Made by a program: the position numbers and the translations under genes. Below are positions 19,590 through 28,495 of a stretch of 64,000 nucleotides of DNA, one piece after another. The stretch covers positions 5,501-69,500 of the forward strand of contig JAVBNX010000018.1 of assembly GCA_031551275.1 (NCBI GenBank), given 5' to 3'. The notes below the pieces were generated by a model. It saw nothing but the letters and a program-made list of their open reading frames with translations. It ran no database searches and was not told the DNA's origin. Origin of the DNA: Rikenellaceae bacterium (GTDB taxonomy: Bacteria; Bacteroidota; Bacteroidia; Bacteroidales; Rikenellaceae). Each line of letters opens with the position of its first letter. The first letter of the stretch is position 1.

Positions 19590-21746
19590 TTACAGCATCG
19601 GTCTGAGGTTTTCCCACTTCACATCCCAGTTGCCGTCCTGCGGGAAGCCGGGGTTGGGGATGGCCGGCGCACCCGTCCATCCGGCGCACATCATCGCCAC
19701 CGTGGCCAGGGTCCCGCCGTTGCCCGAGATGGAGATACGCATGGCAGGACTGTTGTAGTTGTGCCCGTTGGGCTTGTACTGGTTGGCGGACTCCTCTTTC
19801 AGCAGGGCCTCGAGGGCCGTTTCGGGCTGGTTCAACCGTATGGCGCACATGGCGGTCATCGGATAGTCCCATCCCCAGGTCGAGGGCCAGTTCCAGTTTT
19901 GCATGACCCAGCCCAACGTGTTGCGCATCACGGCGGTGTCCACCAAAGGGGTCTGGGGCAGCACGCCGAAGGCGGACAGTACGCTCATGTGGTCCGAGGT
20001 AAAACGCTCGTCCTGGTAGGTCTGGGGGACCGACTCGGCGGCGAGGTAGAGCCCGTCCTTTTGGGCCAGGGGGGAGAGTTTGGATAGGACCTCGTCCCAT
20101 TTCTTCTCGCGGGGCAGGCCCATCCTTTCACGCCATTGCTGCGCGAGGTCCAGCGCGTAATGCCAGTAGGCCAGCTCGTAGGGCGGGTTGACGGTCTCCT
20201 CGGGGGTCAGGCTCTCCTGCGCGGGGATCACGCCCTTGAGGATATAGCGGTCGGCTTGGGGATCGTAATCGGCAAAATCGGCCATGAATGCCGCCGTTTC
20301 AAAGACGATGTCCTTGTATTTTTCAAGCGTCTCGGGGGTCGGGTCGGCGCGGTACAACAACTCGGCGAAGTACAAGGGATGCGGCTGCTGCCAGATCAGG
20401 AACGAGGAGATGTAGGAGGGCGACTCGCCCGCCCAGGGATCGGTCATCTTCATCCACCTGACCCCTTCGAAGCCCTGCCTTCGGGCGATCTCCCGCGCTG
20501 CGGGCATGGCAGACCCGTACCAGGGCATGATTCCGGCCAAACGTTCGGGACGGTTCCACAGCGCGTAGTGGATGCCGTGCCACCACGTCATCTCGAGGTG
20601 GAACTTGCCGAACCAGGAGTTGTAGCACAAGGCGGTCTCCTGGGGCGGCATCGACCCGGAATTCATCGCGGCGGTAATGTATTGCGAGAGCACGACGCGC
20701 CGCTCCAGTTCTTTGGCCCTCGGATCCTTGCAGGCGGAAAAGTCGACCGCCCCGCCGCTCTTCCAGAAAGTTTCCCAGCTTTTGGCGCAGGCCTTTTGAT
20801 CCGCGTTGAAACCGGCGGGAGAGGCTGTCGCGGCCGGGGGTTCGGGTGCGAATTCGCACGTAAAGGCGATCACATCGCCCGAGAGGGCCGAGAGGCGGAA
20901 TTTGTGGAGCTCGGGCTGCGTAAGCTCGCAGTCGCCCTGCCAGCAGATCCGGATATAGTAGGCCGTCGTGTCGAGGGTGTGCTCGATCAGGGCTTGCCCT
21001 TTGTCCTGTTTTACGACGCGGGAGGTGTGCTTTTCAGGGCTGTCCCAGTCGCACGCGTCGTCGGAGTGCAGGCCCGTGGGGTAGGGCAGGCTCAGATCGA
21101 CGGACATCGCCCCTTCCGATACCCTTTGGGAGCGGACCCGCGCGGCGATCCGGTCGTTGTCGGGACTGCACAGGGTGGTTACCTCGGTGGGTACGCCGCA
21201 AACCTGATAGCTGCTCGTGATCTCCCCGCGCCACATATCCAGCGTCTGGTCGATATCGGTAACCTGCTCCGGGGTAACTTTCGCCCCGTTGTCGGCGACC
21301 ATATGCAGCCCGACAAGCCCTAAGTGAAGCCTGTGGGGGTTGGTGCGGAACCACCGCCCCGCGCCCTGCCCGCCTGTGGGATCGGCTGCGTCGAACTCGG
21401 GAGCCAAACGGAAATCGAAGTAGGCGTAAGGCTCCTCGCGTCCCCGGAAATTGTAGTTTTTAAGGTACTGGTCGGGCGTGTAGTGCATCACGTCAGGGAA
21501 GGAGTGCCAGCCCCACTCCGACATCGTGCCCAGGCAAACGCCCTGTTGGTAGAGCTCAGGGAAAGTCTGTAGCCCCGTGGCGTCGACCGTCATGGCGAAG
21601 GCCCCGTTGCCCACCGTGAGCGACGAGTAAGGCTCGAATCCGGTTATGTGGGGGTTATTGCGCGTGACCAGGGCATGGCGGTCGATCTTCCCGCTGCCGC
21701 ACGCCGCTAAAAAGAGCGTCAAGGCGAAAAGGACTATTTTTTTCAT
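19590..21746 (-). CDS. large lipoprotein of unassigned family, possibly a glycoside hydrolase-like (alpha/alpha) barrel protein
   Basis: 718 aa. Lipobox LFLAACGSG. Trp/aromatic-rich conserved-looking segments (MSEWGWHSFP, FHLEMTWWHGIHYALWNRP, FLIWQQPHPLYFAE). The function is guessed from context only. Confidence 0.4.
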   Translation of the reverse strand: MKKIVLFALTLFLAACGSGKIDRHALVTRNNPHITGFEPYSSLTVGNGAFAMTVDATGLQTFPELYQQGVCLGTMSEWGWHSFPDVMHYTPDQYLKNYNFRGREEPYAYFDFRLAPEFDAADPTGGQGAGRWFRTNPHRLHLGLVGLHMVADNGAKVTPEQVTDIDQTLDMWRGEITSSYQVCGVPTEVTTLCSPDNDRIAARVRSQRVSEGAMSVDLSLPYPTGLHSDDACDWDSPEKHTSRVVKQDKGQALIEHTLDTTAYYIRICWQGDCELTQPELHKFRLSALSGDVIAFTCEFAPEPPAATASPAGFNADQKACAKSWETFWKSGGAVDFSACKDPRAKELERRVVLSQYITAAMNSGSMPPQETALCYNSWFGKFHLEMTWWHGIHYALWNRPERLAGIMPWYGSAMPAAREIARRQGFEGVRWMKMTDPWAGESPSYISSFLIWQQPHPLYFAELLYRADPTPETLEKYKDIVFETAAFMADFADYDPQADRYILKGVIPAQESLTPEETVNPPYELAYWHYALDLAQQWRERMGLPREKKWDEVLSKLSPLAQKDGLYLAAESVPQTYQDERFTSDHMSVLSAFGVLPQTPLVDTAVMRNTLGWVMQNWNWPSTWGWDYPMTAMCAIRLNQPETALEALLKEESANQYKPNGHNYNSPAMRISISGNGGTLATVAMMCAGWTGAPAIPNPGFPQDGNWDVKWENLRPML

Positions 21747-21759
21747 AGGTCCGGATTGT

Positions 21760-21786
21760 AAAAAGGGAAGGCTTTTGGGCCTTCCC
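21760..21786 (-). terminator. rho-independent terminator of the pilus-like operon
   Basis: On the minus strand: gggaaggc/ccaaaa/gccttccc followed by TTTTT, located 25 nt after the stop of the 21811-24132 gene. Confidence 0.55.
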
Positions 21787-21810
21787 CGTTGTTTTTATGC
21801 GTTGAAAAGC

Positions 21811-24132
21811 CTATTGCCAGTCGAGCTTGGGATAGGTCGGATTCCCGCCGTTCCAGCTTCCGTAGTTGCCCCAATAGGAGCTCCATCCCGTGGTGGACGA
21901 GTTTGGCCATGCCGTGGCGGAGAAAGCGGTCCCTTTGACGTCGGTCAGGAGGGTCTTAGAGGCGTCGTAGTAGCACGAAATGCCCTCTCCGCCCTGGTAA
22001 TACCGTCCGGCCACCGCGCCTGTGGTTGCCGAGGCTTCGGCGTAGACCGCGCCCGAAGTCCAGCAGGCAGTGATCGTCGCGCCGGTGTAACGGCAGTATC
22101 CGCACACGCCGCCCGCGTTGGTCGTGGTGGGGTTGGTCACGCTGCCGGTGTTCCAGCAGGCGGTCATCAGGCCCGCCACGCCGTTGTAGCCGACCACGCC
22201 GCCTATGTTACCCACAGCGTCGCTGCTGCCCGTGCCGTTCACGCCCTCGATAGCCGCCGAGTTGTAGCAGGAGACCACGGTGGGAGTCCCTTCCGGAGCG
22301 GTCGCACCGTTGATGCTGTTCGCACCGGCGACCCCGCCCACGAAGGTACGTCCCTTGACGGCGGCCGTGTTGCCGCACTCCTTGACCAGGCCTACGGTTT
22401 GTCCGGCGATCCCGCCGATGTAGGAACTCGAGGTGGTCCCCCCGCCGTCCACGACCGCGTTGTTCATGCAGCGCTCGATGGTCGAGGAAATCCCGTTGTA
22501 GGCCGCGATGCCTGCGCAGAATTGGCCTGCGGTGGACACAGCGCCCGAGTTGGTGCAGCGTGCGATCGTCCCCGCGTCGTTGCGGGCGCAGACCCCGCCG
22601 ATGTAGGCGAGAGAGATGGCCGGTACGCTTACCTTGCCCTTGTTCTGGCATCCGGTAATTGAACCGTTGTCCTGGTTGACGGCGCAGATACCCGCCGCAA
22701 CGCTCTTCCCGGCCAGATCGACCTCGTTGACGCAGTCGGAGATCGTCCCGCCCACGTTGAAGACGCAGAGTACCGCGACGGTGTCCTTGCCGGCCACGCT
22801 GCCCGAAGCGATGTGGATCTTATTGAGCGTACCCCGGTTGTAGGCGAACATGGCGACCTTGTCGTTGCTGCCCGGAATATTCAGTTCGTTGATCTTGAAT
22901 CCATTGCCGTTGTATGTCCCGGAGAAGGGCTTAGCCGGGGTCCCCACGGGGGCCCATGTGATGCCGGTCAAATCGATGTCGTTCTCCTGCTTGTAGCTCT
23001 TGGCGGGGTTGTCCTTGATGACCATCAACTCCTCGATGATCGAGACCAGCGCCACGCCGTTGTCTTCGCGGGGGATGACCTTGCCTGCGCCGTCGACGCT
23101 GAAGCGGATCATCGTGGTGGCAGGAAGCCCCACCCGGATGGCGGGATCGGTGCCTTTTTGGATCGATGTGATCGCGCCGCCCGCCTGGGCGAAGTCGGTA
23201 AAGGGCATCGAGCCTTTGCCGTCGTCGTCGAGGGTAACCTGCCCGGTCGCGCCGTTCGAGAAGGCGACGTCGAGAACGGTCCCGGCGGGATAGCCTGTGA
23301 TCTCGAAGTTGCTTACCAGGGCCTGGCCGCTGCCCGCGCCCGCGCCGCCCTCGTTCCAGTCGTCGATCGCCACGGGGGTTATGACCAGCTTGCCGGCCAG
23401 AAGCATCATGTTGAACTTGTAGCGCGTGCCCGCCGCGAAGGTCGTTTGGGGAGCCTCCACGGTGCACCAGTAGGTCTTGCCCTGGTAGGTCAGCGAAACG
23501 TCGGTCGAGGCCACCTCATCGGGGGGCAGGATCGCCTGGAAGCGGGTCTGGCCCGGGATGTTGTAGGCGGTCAGCAGGTCGTCGGCCGTCTCCAGGGTAA
23601 CCACCGAGGTAGCCATCGCTTCGGTGGGCAGACCCTGCACGGTAATGTCCATCAGCGTGTTGGCGTGCCCCATCGCCACCCCGGCAAGGTTCTTGACCGG
23701 ATCGTGGGCCGCGAGTTTGGTCTTCAATACGTCGGCGTCCAGCAGGCCTTTCAGGGTACCGTCCTGCGCGGAAGGCGTGCCTGCGGGTTGCAGGGTCAGC
23801 CAGATATCGTACTTGCCCAGGGTGGGGTAGGCGATCGCCGTGGTCTTGGGAAGCCACTTGGCCTGGGTAGCGTTGTAGGCGTAGAGGGCCGTGTTGTCCT
23901 CGGTGCTGACCGCTACGGTCAGTTCGTGGCCGATGGCCGCCGCCCCGCGTCCCGACAAGGGGTCCATGGTCGGATCGTCGCCCAACGCTTTGGTAGCGTA
24001 GGCCTGCGGGATGTAAAGGTTTACCGATTCGAGTGAGGCGGCTCCCTGGCCGGGCATTTGTTCCTGCTTGGCGCAGCCGACCGCCGCGGCGCAGCCGAGG
24101 ATCAGAAGGGCGATATGGTTTATCTTTTTCAT
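21811..24132 (-). CDS. fimbrillin-like lipoprotein fused to a GLUG-like repeat domain (putative tip/adhesin subunit)
   Basis: Start moved to the Met at 24132 (MKKINHIALLILGCAAAVGCAK, lipobox). The N-terminal ~260 aa are fimbrillin-like. The C-terminal ~400 aa (nt 21811-23040) hold at least 9 repeats of the pattern C-x-N-x-G...GG[IV][AVC]G (DCVNEV, GCQNKG, RCTNSG, RCMNNA, ECGNTA, SCYNSA, ACWNTG, ACWTSG...). The protein ends ...NPTYPKLDWQ. Confidence 0.6.
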   Translation of the reverse strand: MKKINHIALLILGCAAAVGCAKQEQMPGQGAASLESVNLYIPQAYATKALGDDPTMDPLSGRGAAAIGHELTVAVSTEDNTALYAYNATQAKWLPKTTAIAYPTLGKYDIWLTLQPAGTPSAQDGTLKGLLDADVLKTKLAAHDPVKNLAGVAMGHANTLMDITVQGLPTEAMATSVVTLETADDLLTAYNIPGQTRFQAILPPDEVASTDVSLTYQGKTYWCTVEAPQTTFAAGTRYKFNMMLLAGKLVITPVAIDDWNEGGAGAGSGQALVSNFEITGYPAGTVLDVAFSNGATGQVTLDDDGKGSMPFTDFAQAGGAITSIQKGTDPAIRVGLPATTMIRFSVDGAGKVIPREDNGVALVSIIEELMVIKDNPAKSYKQENDIDLTGITWAPVGTPAKPFSGTYNGNGFKINELNIPGSNDKVAMFAYNRGTLNKIHIASGSVAGKDTVAVLCVFNVGGTISDCVNEVDLAGKSVAAGICAVNQDNGSITGCQNKGKVSVPAISLAYIGGVCARNDAGTIARCTNSGAVSTAGQFCAGIAAYNGISSTIERCMNNAVVDGGGTTSSSYIGGIAGQTVGLVKECGNTAAVKGRTFVGGVAGANSINGATAPEGTPTVVSCYNSAAIEGVNGTGSSDAVGNIGGVVGYNGVAGLMTACWNTGSVTNPTTTNAGGVCGYCRYTGATITACWTSGAVYAEASATTGAVAGRYYQGGEGISCYYDASKTLLTDVKGTAFSATAWPNSSTTGWSSYWGNYGSWNGGNPTYPKLDWQ

Positions 24133-24145
24133 CGTTCGCTCGAAA

Positions 24146-24889
24146 TTACTGGATGGTAAGGGTAATCGTGTTGTTGCTGCCGGCAGCCAGCGCGGGGGCC
24201 GTGGAGAGGGTAAATTCGACGACACCGCCGTTTACCATGGCCCAACCCTTGTCGGTCGTGTTCAAAAGCGTGGCCTGGGCCGTCGCATCGAGGATCAGTT
24301 GCGCCTCCTTGATCGAGCCGTCGGCGTCGCAGTAGGCATCGAATCCCTTGTAAGTCAGTGCGGTAATTTTATCCCCGGAAGCGGTCGCGAAGGAGACCTT
24401 GCTGCGCTGGTGGGAGAGCGTGACCGCCAGTGAGGCCTGCGCCGAGACGTTGGTCAGGGTGGCCGAGAGCCAGTCCGCCGAGAGGAAGTCGACCTTTTCG
24501 GTCTGGTCCGTGGGAACAGCCGCCCCGATCGCCGTGCGCACCGCCGTCGAGGGCCAGAGCACCTCGACCCGGATCGGGCCCACCGGATAGTAGAGCATGG
24601 TGGCCGAGGAGGCCGCCTTCAGCGTCCCCGCGTCGTACACATAATCTGCCGCGCGGTTGTAGTTGTCGCCCGTGCACTTGACCGAAGCGAGGGAGAAGTC
24701 CAGCTCGGCGTCCGCAAGGCCGAAGTAGTCCGCGGGGGCGTAGTTCTGCGCCGCTTTGGTAATCCCCTCCACGCGGATCACGAGGGCTTGCTCCCCGGCC
24801 TGTTGGGGCTCGCTCTTCGAGCAGGCTGCCATCGCCGTTAAGGCGGGTATCAGCACGATATATTTGATATATCTTTTCATTTCTGTCAA
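24146..24889 (-). CDS. small fimbrillin-like lipoprotein
   Basis: 247 aa. Lipobox LTAMAACSK. All-beta-looking composition. Sits between the two large subunits with 3-13 nt spacers. The start could be the Met at 24880. Confidence 0.45.
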   Translation of the reverse strand: MTEMKRYIKYIVLIPALTAMAACSKSEPQQAGEQALVIRVEGITKAAQNYAPADYFGLADAELDFSLASVKCTGDNYNRAADYVYDAGTLKAASSATMLYYPVGPIRVEVLWPSTAVRTAIGAAVPTDQTEKVDFLSADWLSATLTNVSAQASLAVTLSHQRSKVSFATASGDKITALTYKGFDAYCDADGSIKEAQLILDATAQATLLNTTDKGWAMVNGGVVEFTLSTAPALAAGSNNTITLTIQ

Positions 24890-24892
24890 GGA

Positions 24893-27415
24893 TTAGAAAG
24901 ATTGGAACAGGACCACATCAGGCCATTTGGTTTTCAGGGCGGCTTCCCAGCCCAGGGTCGGGTAGACCGTGGTGGCTCCACCGAAATTCCATCCCCCGAG
25001 GGAAGACCAGTTGGTGTCCCACCCGTTTCCGGAAGCGGCCACGGGCCAGCCCGAAGCATCGCCCGAAAATTCGGTCGCATTGGCGTCGGCGATCATATCG
25101 GAGGCCCGGAACAAACCCGACGCGGTTCCCGCCTGGTTTCCTATGACCCCGTTTATGGTCGTTGCCGTGCTCGAGGTAACGGTTGTGCCTACGGCGTAAA
25201 CGGCTTTGGTTGTGTAGGCGGTAAAGTTGGTTCCGGCGACGCCCCCGATCTGGGCCGCACTGGCTCCCTGACCCGTTACGCTGCCTCCCTTGCTGTAACA
25301 CGAGATCACAAAGGATTGGTTTACGCCCATAACGCCGCCGATGCCCGCCGAACCTGAGGCACTTCCGCCCAGGTTGGCGCATCCGATTATTTCGCTTGAG
25401 TACCCGTTGCGTGTTGCCCCGGCGGCAGAATAGGAACCGGTGTTGGACCCGGCGATCCCGCCGATGTTGTTTTTGCCTTCAATGCTTCCCGAATTGCCGC
25501 AATTAAGGATCAGCGTGCCGTTCTGGTTCTTGCCTACGATACCCCCGACCGAGTTGCCGTTGCTGGAACCGGTCCAGGCAAGGCTGTATGATCCTACTGA
25601 AACGTTGCCTGTATTGAAACACTCCTTGATCGTGGAACCGTTGTTAGTGGCCCCCACGATCCCTCCCGTGTCGCGCGCGGTCAAAGCGGATGTGGGATTG
25701 CTCAGGTTGCCGGTATTCAGGCAGCCGATTACCTCGACGCCCTGGTTGGCCGTCCCGACGATGCCGCCCACGTTGTTGGCCGTGGCGGTAATGTTGCCGT
25801 TGTTGCGGCAGTTGACGATCTTGGCATAGGGAGGGGTAGCCGCGGCACTCTGGGAAGATCCGGCGATGCCCCCGATGTTGGCATTCCCGTTGATTGATGC
25901 GTTGTTGACGCAGTTTTCGATAACCCCATTGTTGACAGCCGCAATGGAGCCGCAACCGTTACCGGCGTTCGAGGAGATGTTACCGGATGCAATTACCACG
26001 TTTTTCACTTTCCCTGTGGCACTGACAGTGGCAAACAGCCCGGCATTGCTCGTCGGCGTAACGTTCAGCGAGATGGTCAGGTTAGAGAGGCTGTTGCCGC
26101 CCCCGTCGTAGCTTCCGGTCAGGGCCCCCAGGGGAGTCCAGTTCGAACCGCTTAGACTGATATCGCAGATCTGGCCATAGTGCAGGGCCAGGCCTGTGCC
26201 GACCGCTTCCAGTTCGGTGCGGTTGGCGACGAACTTGGGCTTGGCGGCCGTGCCGTCGCCTTTGTTGAGTTCGGCGGCGGTCTCGGTAATGGTCAGGTAG
26301 CCGTAGTCGGGGAGTTTGTAGATGTTCGCGCCTACGGTAACCTTCACTTTGGTCAGCTCCCCGGCCGGCAGGCGGGAGAGGGTAATGTTGCCCTCGCTGA
26401 CCGGGGCGGTAAATTTCGCCGCTTCGGCGTCCTCGAATTCGATCTGGGTAATCCCTGTGAAGTAGTCCGAGGTAATGGGGATGGTAATCTTCTCCACGCC
26501 GCCGTTCTCGTCGGCCATGATGTCGCCCAGGTCCGATTCGGTCCACTCGCCGGGGGTCATCGTGACCGAGGCCACGGTGGGCTGGTCGATATTAACGGTA
26601 ACGGTGTAGCTCTCGCCCGCCTCGAGGGTAATGTCGGAGCCGCCCGCCGGGGGCGCGATGGGCATATCCTCGCCGATCAGGTAGGTGTCGACCGTCACGC
26701 TGGCGATCGAGGTCAGGGTCGTCCCGTCGGGGATAAGGTAGAAGATCTTTTCGGTGTCGTCAGCGCCCCCGTTGGCCGTGGTAACCGAGTAGGAGGCGGT
26801 GTAGGCCGTCGCTGAGGCCGAGGAGACCGTTTTTACGGTCGGGGCGGCCAGCGCGTTGAACACCCCGGTCGTCTTGCCCGCCTTCAGCCCGATGGTCACG
26901 TCGTGGTCGCCCGGGAAGGTGGATTTGACGTTGACCTTGACCTTGAGCTGGCACATCAGGTGGCGGAATTCCATGGTCCTGTCGGTGGAGTTCTTGCCGG
27001 TGACCAGGTTGTTGCTCAACAGGTAGTCGCCCGCGGCGCCTTCCGCGGCCGCGAGGGCGATGTTGCCGTCGTTGGTGGTCACGCTCGGGGTCGATACGTC
27101 GCCCGCGTTGGCCAGGGCCACGAAGTGGAGCGTGCTGCCGTCCTGGGGCCAGAAGAAGGTGTTGGCCGTGGTCATTACCGCGCTCCCGTCGAAGGTGGCG
27201 GGGGCTCCCGAGACCACCAGGTTGGACCAGGTCGTGCTCTGGCCTTTTAAGGCGTACAGGTTGATGGGCAGCTCCGACGGCGTGCGGGTCGAACCTGCGA
27301 TCCGGGCATCGAAGATGACTGAATCCTGCCCGGTCGTGGCCGGGACCTCTTTGGCGCAGCCCGCGAAGAGCATCGCGGCCAGGGAGAGGATCAGGTAGAG
27401 GTTAAATCGCTTCAT
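24893..27415 (-). CDS. fimbrillin-like lipoprotein fused to a GLUG-like repeat domain (putative tip/adhesin subunit), paralogous architecture
   Basis: 840 aa. Lipobox MLFAGCAK. Fimbrillin-type segment MEFRHLMCQLKVKVNV. The C-terminal region (nt 24893-26233) has at least 7 repeats (NCVNNA, NCRNNG, GCLNTG, ECFNTG, NCGNSG, GCANLG, SCYSKG), each followed by GGI[AV]G. The protein ends ...TVYPTLGWE.... Confidence 0.6.
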   Translation of the reverse strand: MKRFNLYLILSLAAMLFAGCAKEVPATTGQDSVIFDARIAGSTRTPSELPINLYALKGQSTTWSNLVVSGAPATFDGSAVMTTANTFFWPQDGSTLHFVALANAGDVSTPSVTTNDGNIALAAAEGAAGDYLLSNNLVTGKNSTDRTMEFRHLMCQLKVKVNVKSTFPGDHDVTIGLKAGKTTGVFNALAAPTVKTVSSASATAYTASYSVTTANGGADDTEKIFYLIPDGTTLTSIASVTVDTYLIGEDMPIAPPAGGSDITLEAGESYTVTVNIDQPTVASVTMTPGEWTESDLGDIMADENGGVEKITIPITSDYFTGITQIEFEDAEAAKFTAPVSEGNITLSRLPAGELTKVKVTVGANIYKLPDYGYLTITETAAELNKGDGTAAKPKFVANRTELEAVGTGLALHYGQICDISLSGSNWTPLGALTGSYDGGGNSLSNLTISLNVTPTSNAGLFATVSATGKVKNVVIASGNISSNAGNGCGSIAAVNNGVIENCVNNASINGNANIGGIAGSSQSAAATPPYAKIVNCRNNGNITATANNVGGIVGTANQGVEVIGCLNTGNLSNPTSALTARDTGGIVGATNNGSTIKECFNTGNVSVGSYSLAWTGSSNGNSVGGIVGKNQNGTLILNCGNSGSIEGKNNIGGIAGSNTGSYSAAGATRNGYSSEIIGCANLGGSASGSAGIGGVMGVNQSFVISCYSKGGSVTGQGASAAQIGGVAGTNFTAYTTKAVYAVGTTVTSSTATTINGVIGNQAGTASGLFRASDMIADANATEFSGDASGWPVAASGNGWDTNWSSLGGWNFGGATTVYPTLGWEAALKTKWPDVVLFQSF

Positions 27416-27429
27416 ATCTCCTTTTGTTA

Positions 27430-28275
27430 TTATTCGACAACGTAGCCCTCATGGACGTTCCATCCCGTGACCTGTCCGGTAATGTCGAACGAGTCGAGGG
27501 TAATGGTTATGTTCTTCGGGGTGCTCTTGTTTGTGTTGAAATCCGCGAGCACGGAGTCCAAATCGAAGGCGATGGCCTGGGTGGAGGTCCCGTCCTTGAG
27601 TTTGATGTTCAAAACCAGGTCGTGGCGGATGCCGGGGATGATTCCGAACAGTCTGGCCGTGGCCACGCAGCCCGAGGGGCCCATCTCGAAGACAGGCGCC
27701 AGGTTCAGGCGCGGGGATTCCAGCACCGAGTAGCCGTCCAGTTCGACCCCGGAGGAGACGCCCGTCAGCGATGCGGATACGACCGAGTTGATCGCGTTCT
27801 GGATCCCCCCCGCGGCTTGCAGGGAGATGTTCAGCTCGCGGACCTGCTGGACCATCGGGGCGTTGATCACACCGCCGTCGGCACCTACCTGTACTTCGCC
27901 CGCGTAGGCAAACAGCCAGCCCGGCTCGTTGATGGCGACCAGCGTGGTGGTGTTGTAGCTTACCACGGCGGTCTTGGTCGCGTCGGTGTGGGTAATGGTC
28001 ATCCCCGCGGGCTGGTTGTAGATGTAGACGCGTTGCGTCCCGGTCAGCACCTCCACGGGGAAGGTCACGCCCGTTCCCGAAAGAGTGAACCGGTGGCTGC
28101 CTACCGCCACAAGGTAGTTGGCCGGAACGGCCGCCGAGGAGGTGCGCGCACTCCAGTCGGGGTTGACCGTTACGGCACCCTTCCGGTACGGGGTTACTCC
28201 GTCGTCCTCTTGGAGGCAGGAGGTCATCACGCAACAGAGTGCAGCGGCGGCGATGAAGAGTCTCTTTGCTTTCAT
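27430..28275 (-). CDS. FimB/Mfa2-like fimbrial anchor/terminator lipoprotein
   Basis: 281 aa. Lipobox CVMTSC. Size, first-in-operon position and beta-rich two-domain look resemble Mfa2-family proteins. This is recognition by recall, not a strict motif. Confidence 0.45.
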   Translation of the reverse strand: MKAKRLFIAAAALCCVMTSCLQEDDGVTPYRKGAVTVNPDWSARTSSAAVPANYLVAVGSHRFTLSGTGVTFPVEVLTGTQRVYIYNQPAGMTITHTDATKTAVVSYNTTTLVAINEPGWLFAYAGEVQVGADGGVINAPMVQQVRELNISLQAAGGIQNAINSVVSASLTGVSSGVELDGYSVLESPRLNLAPVFEMGPSGCVATARLFGIIPGIRHDLVLNIKLKDGTSTQAIAFDLDSVLADFNTNKSTPKNITITLDSFDITGQVTGWNVHEGYVVE

Positions 28276-28327
28276 ATTTGAGTTTTAGGTTGTCGTTGGT
28301 TTGTGTCGGTGCCGATTTTCGATAAAG

Positions 28328-28335
28328 CAAATTTA
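28328..28335 (-). promoter_or_regulatory. candidate TAnnTTTG -7 box for the pilus-like operon
   Basis: The minus strand reads TAAATTTG, about 52 nt upstream of the Mfa2-like start codon. Confidence 0.3.
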
Positions 28336-28467
28336 GGAGTAATCAACGCGGGGGATTGTATAATATTATTCATTTTACCCATTAAAAACGTACAGGCCCC
28401 CAAAGGCCAAAATCAATATTGTTGAATTTTGTGTACGAAAATGGTGGGCCTATATTATAGGGTGTTG

Positions 28468-28475
28468 TATTTTTG
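28468..28475 (+). promoter_or_regulatory. candidate TAnnTTTG -7 box for lyase paralog 3
   Basis: TATTTTTG lies 21 nt upstream of the ATG at 28496. Confidence 0.3.
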
Positions 28476-28495
28476 TGTAAAGCTAAACCAGAATT

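Noticed and set aside
21811-27415. Periodic nucleotide repeats in the pilus subunit genes that could be taken for a tandem DNA repeat or a CRISPR-like array.
   Set aside because: The periodicity is at the protein level: about 25-35-aa repeats with degenerate DNA, variable unit length and a continuous reading frame. There are no identical direct repeats or spacers.
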